Source: Phycisphaerae bacterium (GTDB taxonomy: Bacteria; Planctomycetota; Phycisphaerae; UBA1845). Taken from it: a stretch of DNA of 64,000 bases. How positions within the stretch are numbered: the stretch's first letter is position 1; every line of letters begins with the position of its first letter. Both the position numbers and the translations under genes were made by a program. The stretch is taken from the NCBI GenBank assembly GCA_963666835.2, contig CAXXGO010000003.1, forward strand, positions 32,001 to 96,000, written 5' to 3'. This document shows positions 58,602-64,000 of this stretch, piece after piece. The notes under the pieces were generated by a model. That model did not search any database. It saw only the letters and a program-made list of their open reading frames with translations, and had not been told where the DNA came from.

Positions 58602-60201
58602 GTTCCAACTTCGCCAACTCTCTCCAGAGTTTATTCTCCTGATAGGGGCGTGCGCCACGCTCGGGCTGGGGGCGGCGAAGGCTTCGTTGATCCGTTGTTG
58701 GGCGTCCGGCTTGGCCTGCGGCGTTTTGCTGTTGGCTCTGGTGGTTACGGTATGGCAGGGGGAGCCGGCCGGGACCGGCGCGGCGCTTGGTTTGTGGGTA
58801 ACCCCGCTGACATTCTACACCAGGTGCATCGCGCTGAGCGTGGGGCTTCTCATTGTGCTCGTCAACTGGCGGCAGCCGGCCGCCCAAGAGCGCGGCGAGT
58901 ACATGTCCATGATCTTGTTTTCCCTGCTCGGCGTATTGCTCACGGCATCGGCGAACGACCTGCTGGTTCTGTTCTTTGCGATTGAGCTGGTCAGTATTCC
59001 CACGTATGTATTGATCGCCTTGAGCCGCGATGACCGGCGGGCTTCGGAGTCGGCGGTCAAGTACTTCTTCTTGGGGGCGATGGCGGCGGCGATTCTCGCT
59101 TACGGGCTCAGTTTCCTGTACGGGGCGGCGGGAACGACCGTAATCCACCAGGTGGCAAACGGGGTCGTATCTTCGACGTTTCCGGCAGGCCCGGCTTTGG
59201 GCTCGTCCGCGCTGATCGGTTTGTTGTTGGTGATCTTCGGCTTGGGCTTCAAGGTGGCGGCGATACCGTTTCACGTTTACGCCCCCGACGTATACGAAGG
59301 GGCGGCCTCTCCGGTCACCGGGGCGCTGGCGTTCCTCCCGAAGTTGGCCGGCTTCGTCGCGTTGTTGAAGATCTTCACCGCATTCAACTGGGTCATGCCG
59401 GCGGAGATCAACTGGCTCATCTGGGCCATCGCAGCGCTGACCATGACCGGTGGGAACGTGCTGGCACTGCTGCAGACTAATGTCAAGCGAATGCTGGCCT
59501 ACTCCAGTATAGCGCATAGCGGGTATATGATGGTGGCACTGCTGGTCGGTCCGGTAGCCGGTAAGGGGCCGATGCACGATGGCGTCGCGGCGCTGCTGTT
59601 CTATGTAGCCGTCTACGGGGCGATGAATCTTGGAGCCTTCGCGCTGCTGGCGTCGTTCCGCAAGGGTGATAAGGACCTTGAGACTCTGGACGATCTTACC
59701 GGGATTGCCAGGCGGGCACCTCTGGCGACTCTCGGGCTGGCAGTCTGTGTGTTCAGTTTGATGGGCTTTCCGCCCACTGCGGGTTTTTTGGGTAAGCTAT
59801 ATATTTTCGCGAGTGCGTTCTGCGTCAGCGAAGGGCATGCCTTCCGCGGCCCGCTGATTGCCCTGGCGATCATTGGAGTGGTTAACTCGGCCATTGCGGC
59901 GGCGTACTACCTTCGCATTCTGGCTTCCGCCTACATGGGGGAGGCTGTCGGGGAGGATCTCGCGCCCGTGGGCGGGGCTCCCGTGCGCTGGGGGTTGGCC
60001 CTGTGCAGCATACCGATGTTTGTGCTCTTTGCGTGGCCTGCGGGTTTGATCGAGCAGGCCCGCGACGCGAGTGCTGTGGTTAACCATGCGATTACTGTCC
60101 CGACGTCTCGAGTGACTTATGCCGAATCGGCCGAGGCCTTCGACCCCGGCCCCGCGACCGGTGATTCGACATTGTTCAAGGCGTATCCCGAATCGCGGTG
60201 A
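58591..60201 (+). CDS. nuoN: NADH-quinone oxidoreductase subunit N
   Basis: ESAVKYF, FKVAAIPFHVYAPDVYEGA, KRMLAYSSIAHSGY, GFPPTAGFLGK. Confidence 0.96.
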   Translation: MNAEFQLRQLSPEFILLIGACATLGLGAAKASLIRCWASGLACGVLLLALVVTVWQGEPAGTGAALGLWVTPLTFYTRCIALSVGLLIVLVNWRQPAAQERGEYMSMILFSLLGVLLTASANDLLVLFFAIELVSIPTYVLIALSRDDRRASESAVKYFFLGAMAAAILAYGLSFLYGAAGTTVIHQVANGVVSSTFPAGPALGSSALIGLLLVIFGLGFKVAAIPFHVYAPDVYEGAASPVTGALAFLPKLAGFVALLKIFTAFNWVMPAEINWLIWAIAALTMTGGNVLALLQTNVKRMLAYSSIAHSGYMMVALLVGPVAGKGPMHDGVAALLFYVAVYGAMNLGAFALLASFRKGDKDLETLDDLTGIARRAPLATLGLAVCVFSLMGFPPTAGFLGKLYIFASAFCVSEGHAFRGPLIALAIIGVVNSAIAAAYYLRILASAYMGEAVGEDLAPVGGAPVRWGLALCSIPMFVLFAWPAGLIEQARDASAVVNHAITVPTSRVTYAESAEAFDPGPATGDSTLFKAYPESR

Positions 60202-60219
60202 GTATCAGGACCAGCTTTC

Positions 60220-60906
60220 ATGACCCCAGTATTGACTCGTGAACAGATCCGGCGCGTGGATCAGTTGGCAATCGAGCGGTACGGAATCGCCGGGCTCGTT
60301 TTGATGGAGAATGCCGGGCGCAATGCCGCCGAGATCATCCGGAACACCTTTCCGGACACGCGGCAGGTCGCGATCTGTTGTGGTCCGGGCAACAACGGCG
60401 GCGACGGCTGCGTGATTGCCCGCCATCTGCACAACGCCGGGTGGAGCGTGCGGCTGATGGTCGCCGGCGAACGGTCCCGCATGTCCGCCGATTGCGCGAC
60501 CAACTACCGGATTATCGAAGCCATGGGGCTCGATGTGGCCGTCATGGCCGATGCCGAAGCTCAATTGGGGTTTGCTGGGTCCGTTCAAGGCGACGATGTC
60601 GTCGTTGACGCGCTGCTTGGCACGGGTTTTTCAGGCCAAGTTCGAAGTCCCACGGCCGAACTGATCGAGGTCCTCAACGCGGGCGATCGCCGCGGGATGG
60701 TGGCGGTGGACATCCCGTCCGGTTTGGACTGCGATACCGGCTTGCCCTCGAACGCTACGATCCGGGCGGATATTACCGTCACGTTCGTTGCCAAGAAGAC
60801 CGGTCTGATTGCGCAAGCCGCCACCGAGTATGTGGGACGCATTTGTGTAGCTGACATAGGCGCCCCCCGCGAGCTGGTTTACGAGATTGCAGGTGGCGAT
60901 GTCTGA
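60220..60906 (+). CDS. nnrE: NAD(P)H-hydrate epimerase (stand-alone YjeF_N)
   Basis: LMENAG, CGPGNNGGDG, VDALLGTG, VAVDIPSGL, ADITVTF; no fused dehydratase domain. Confidence 0.93.
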   Translation: MTPVLTREQIRRVDQLAIERYGIAGLVLMENAGRNAAEIIRNTFPDTRQVAICCGPGNNGGDGCVIARHLHNAGWSVRLMVAGERSRMSADCATNYRIIEAMGLDVAVMADAEAQLGFAGSVQGDDVVVDALLGTGFSGQVRSPTAELIEVLNAGDRRGMVAVDIPSGLDCDTGLPSNATIRADITVTFVAKKTGLIAQAATEYVGRICVADIGAPRELVYEIAGGDV

Positions 60907-62137
60907 TCGGGCGGGCCGGCTGACGTGCGGGCGGGATTCCTGGAATCGGCCCCGCAGTTGCCAACGCAAGTCGAATAATACTGCAAGCGGCGCGCTGCGT
61001 CGGCTGGCGTGCGTACTCCTCGTTCTTGTCCCGATCTGCGGTGCGGGCACAGCCCGTGGCGCTGTCCCACAGAGGATGCCGAGTGACGCCCAATTGGCGG
61101 CGGAGCTTCTCGCGCTGGCCGGGGACGGGTTTCGCATTCGCGAGACCGACCATTTCACGATTGCCCACGATTCCACATACAACGATCTGCGGGTTTTGAT
61201 AGGCCGCCTTGAAGGAACGTACGAGGCTGTTTGGTCGTTCTGCGAGGCGATCGAGCTGCAGGTTGAGCCTCCTCAATCTCGCCTGCGGGTGTTGTTTTTC
61301 AACCGCTCGGAGGATTTCGCGCGGCATTGCGATAGAGTCGGTCTGTCTGCGGACCGCGTGGCCGGGTTCTTCTCCCCGGAATCGAACGTGGCCGTCTTCG
61401 GGAATGTCATGACCAGACCTGAGATCCAGGAGCTTACCGGCCACGTTGGGCGTTTGCGAAACAGGATCAAGGACCTACAGTCCGGTCCGGACGCGGCGTC
61501 AACGCGGCAGGAGCATTCGGATCTCCGGCGGCGGATGGACGCAGTTCGACTGCGACGCGATGCGATTGTCGAGAAGTTCAACCGGCTGGTGATCCAACAC
61601 GAGACGGCCCATCAAGTGTTCTACAATCTCGGTGTTCACGATCCGGAGGGCGGCGATCCTCCGTGGCTGGTGGAGGGGCTGGCGTGCCTGTTCGAGATTC
61701 CACAAACGAGCCAAACGAGTAAACCAGACCGGGTCAATCAGATGAGGTTGGCGGACTTACGCACTGCTTTCGGACTAGTTCCCGGCGATATGGGGGTCTG
61801 CGAAGCAGATGCTGCCGAAGCGTTCACTTCGGGGCGCCTGCTGCCTGTAGCCGAGCTGATCCGTGGCAAAGACCTGTGGACGGAGGATGAGACGCAGTTG
61901 TCGTATCGATACGCTCAGGCGTGGAGTCTTGTTCATTACTTGAGCGGCAAGCACCGCGCAGCATTCTCAGAATACCTGAGGCTGCTTCGCAGTCAGCCCG
62001 CCGGGCGCGTTGATGACTTTCGCAGCCGATCCGCCGATTTCGAGGGCGTTTTCGGTGTTTCCGGGGACGACCTACAACGACTTTGGCTCGATTACGTTGT
62101 CCACCTCGAATTCAAGCCGGAACAGGCCCTGCGCTGA
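60899..62137 (+). CDS. DUF1570-like putative secreted metallopeptidase
   Basis: Signal/TM segment; RETDHF, HETAHQ (HExxH), PPWLVEGLA..FE, YAQAWSLVHYL. Confidence 0.75.
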   Translation: MSDRAGRLTCGRDSWNRPRSCQRKSNNTASGALRRLACVLLVLVPICGAGTARGAVPQRMPSDAQLAAELLALAGDGFRIRETDHFTIAHDSTYNDLRVLIGRLEGTYEAVWSFCEAIELQVEPPQSRLRVLFFNRSEDFARHCDRVGLSADRVAGFFSPESNVAVFGNVMTRPEIQELTGHVGRLRNRIKDLQSGPDAASTRQEHSDLRRRMDAVRLRRDAIVEKFNRLVIQHETAHQVFYNLGVHDPEGGDPPWLVEGLACLFEIPQTSQTSKPDRVNQMRLADLRTAFGLVPGDMGVCEADAAEAFTSGRLLPVAELIRGKDLWTEDETQLSYRYAQAWSLVHYLSGKHRAAFSEYLRLLRSQPAGRVDDFRSRSADFEGVFGVSGDDLQRLWLDYVVHLEFKPEQALR

Positions 62138-62317
62138 ACCGATCCGGCGCGGACGGGGACAATTGGCATAACTGGGAGCCTCGATCGGTCGACAAGTGGA
62201 TACATGGAGAAATAGAAGTTTCTGCTGATCCTGCGGCCGGGTGTCGCGGACTGGATACGCAGGTAACGCGAGGCTATCATCCGCGCACGGGTCCGTGCTG
62301 ACGCGGGAACGGTACTT

Positions 62318-63658
62318 ATGCAAGTAATCATTGCGGGGGCGGGCGAGGTCGGTGGTCACGCTGCTGAAGTCCTCTCGGCAGACGGCCACAACGTGACCGT
62401 GATTGATGTCTCCAGCGAGCGGTTGCGCGGGCTGGATGACACGCTCGACGTGCGGACTCTCGTCGGGCACAGTGCTCACCTTAATGTCCTGCGTGAGGCC
62501 GGGGCCGATCGTTGCGATCTGATGATCGCCACTACCCATGTCGACGAGGTTAACCTGCTGGCGGCTTTCGTGGCCAAGGCGGCGGGAGCGAAGAAGACGA
62601 TCGTTCGCGTCCACCACACGGCCAACTTCTCTCTGCGGCGGACGTCTTTTGCCGACAAACTGGGCATCGATGAGTTGATCTGTCCGGAGCATCTGGCGTC
62701 GCTGGCGATTGCCCGGACGCTGCGGAATCCCGGATCGATCGCCCTCGAGGAGTTCGGGCGCGGGAAACTGCTGATGCAGAGGCTTGCGGTGGTGAAGGGG
62801 GCGCCGGCGGTCGGTAAGAAGCTCTCGGAGATCTCCCTGCCGGCCAGCGTTCGCGTGGCGACCGTGGAAGGGCCGGGCGGCTACGTTATCGCCGATGCCG
62901 GTACGGTGGTTCATGGCGGCGATTTCGTGACGGTCGTGGGGGAGGCAAAGACCTTTGACACGGTGCGTAAGTGTTTTGGCAAAGGAAAGGAGAAGCGCCG
63001 CAACATCGCGATCATGGGGGAGACGTCGACGGCCGTTTGGCTCTGCCGGGCTCTTCGCGGCCGGGCGTTTGGGCTGCGTCTTTTTGTAGAACGGCACGAG
63101 CGGGCGGAGGAAGTCTCGGAGAAGCTCGAACATGTGACCGTGATCGAGGCCGACCCGACCGACCCTACGACCTTTGCCGACGAGCACATCGAGAAGACCG
63201 ACACCTTCGTTGCGGTCACCGAGGATGACGAGCGCAACATCCTCTCGTGTGCCCAGGCCAAGAGGCTCGGCGTTCCGATGGCGATTGCGATCGTGCAGCG
63301 CACGAAGTATCTGCATCTTATCCCGCACGTCGGTATCGACCACGCATTCAGTCCGCGGGCGGTGGCCGTCAAGGCGATTCAGCACCTGATCGATTTCGGC
63401 CCGGTACGTTCGGTGGCCGTCTTCGCGGAGGGGGCGGCGGAGGTTTACGAGGTTCGCCCATCGAAGCGGGCCAAAGTGATCGGACACGAGCTTCGTAACA
63501 TCAAACTACCGCCGCAGACGATGATCGCCGCCATCAGGCGGGGCGAGGAAGTCCACGTGCCGGGAGCGGAGGACGTCGTTAAGGCCGGTGATACGATTCT
63601 GGTGATCGGGCCGTGCGGAATCACGGATGATATGGTCAAGCTGTTCGTTGCCAAATGA
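62318..63658 (+). CDS. trkA: Trk system potassium uptake protein TrkA
   Basis: Two RCK_N/RCK_C pairs; VIIAGAGEVG, DEVNL, LGIDELICPE, DDERNIL, AAIRRG. Confidence 0.92.
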   Translation: MQVIIAGAGEVGGHAAEVLSADGHNVTVIDVSSERLRGLDDTLDVRTLVGHSAHLNVLREAGADRCDLMIATTHVDEVNLLAAFVAKAAGAKKTIVRVHHTANFSLRRTSFADKLGIDELICPEHLASLAIARTLRNPGSIALEEFGRGKLLMQRLAVVKGAPAVGKKLSEISLPASVRVATVEGPGGYVIADAGTVVHGGDFVTVVGEAKTFDTVRKCFGKGKEKRRNIAIMGETSTAVWLCRALRGRAFGLRLFVERHERAEEVSEKLEHVTVIEADPTDPTTFADEHIEKTDTFVAVTEDDERNILSCAQAKRLGVPMAIAIVQRTKYLHLIPHVGIDHAFSPRAVAVKAIQHLIDFGPVRSVAVFAEGAAEVYEVRPSKRAKVIGHELRNIKLPPQTMIAAIRRGEEVHVPGAEDVVKAGDTILVIGPCGITDDMVKLFVAK

Positions 63659-64000
63659 ATTTCGACTTCCGATTAATCAGCCGCCACTTGGGGCTTCTGT
63701 TGCTCGTACTGAGCGCCTCGGTACTTCTGATCGGCGGGTTTGCCATCGGTGACCGGGCGGTCGGCGAGTACGAAGATAGTGCCGACATTGCGGCACTACT
63801 AGTCACGGCGGTGATCGGGGCGATTCTCGGCGGAGTTCTCTTCCGTCTGGGGCGTGGGGCCGGCTCGATGCTCGGGCAGCGGGAGGCTCTGCTGCTGGTG
63901 GCGCTCAGTTGGTTGGGCGGGGCGGGGGTCGGGGCTTTGCCGTACCGGATCTGGGCGGCTCTGCGACCGGAATCCGGCATCGCCGCCCATGCGTTCGATT
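63655..64000 (+). CDS. trkH: TrkH family potassium uptake membrane protein, N-terminal part; truncated by window edge
   Basis: ATGA overlap with trkA; MNFDFRLISRHLGLLLL...REALLLVALSW...GALPY. Confidence 0.85.
   Translation, partial: MNFDFRLISRHLGLLLLVLSASVLLIGGFAIGDRAVGEYEDSADIAALLVTAVIGAILGGVLFRLGRGAGSMLGQREALLLVALSWLGGAGVGALPYRIWAALRPESGIAAHAFD

Noticed and set aside
62138..62317. c-di-AMP (ydaO) riboswitch upstream of trkA
   Set aside because: Only a GCTGAA fragment is present; the rest of the consensus is not recognisable.

Overview
GC-rich bacterial chromosomal segment, most consistent with a planctomycete, probably class Phycisphaerae. This is inferred from gene content: a long LptD, a Ser/Thr kinase with TPRs, a DUF1570-like protein, dockerin-tailed FG-GAP proteins and 'GWKPV'-type REP repeats. 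Housekeeping content: partial RND efflux operon, lptD, tRNA-Arg(UCG), lepA, mnmG, uvrB, purH, a PduO-type adenosyltransferase, a complete nuoA-N complex I operon, nnrE, trkA and partial trkH. Notable accessory content: (i) three tandem paralogous secreted proteins (FG-GAP beta-propeller, variable-length Cys-rich stalk, shared dockerin-like tail) directly followed by a membrane Ser/Thr kinase with TPRs; (ii) an orphan cheD near an HTH-REC / HDOD-histidine kinase / atypical-receiver cluster; (iii) a GT-C-like membrane protein gene inserted between nuoE and nuoF; (iv) a candidate sRNA with C-rich loops; (v) a histone H1-like Lys/Ala-tailed protein; (vi) several REP/MITE-like elements. No CRISPR array, transposase, prophage or rRNA was seen. 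All calls come from motif recognition by eye; no database search was run.
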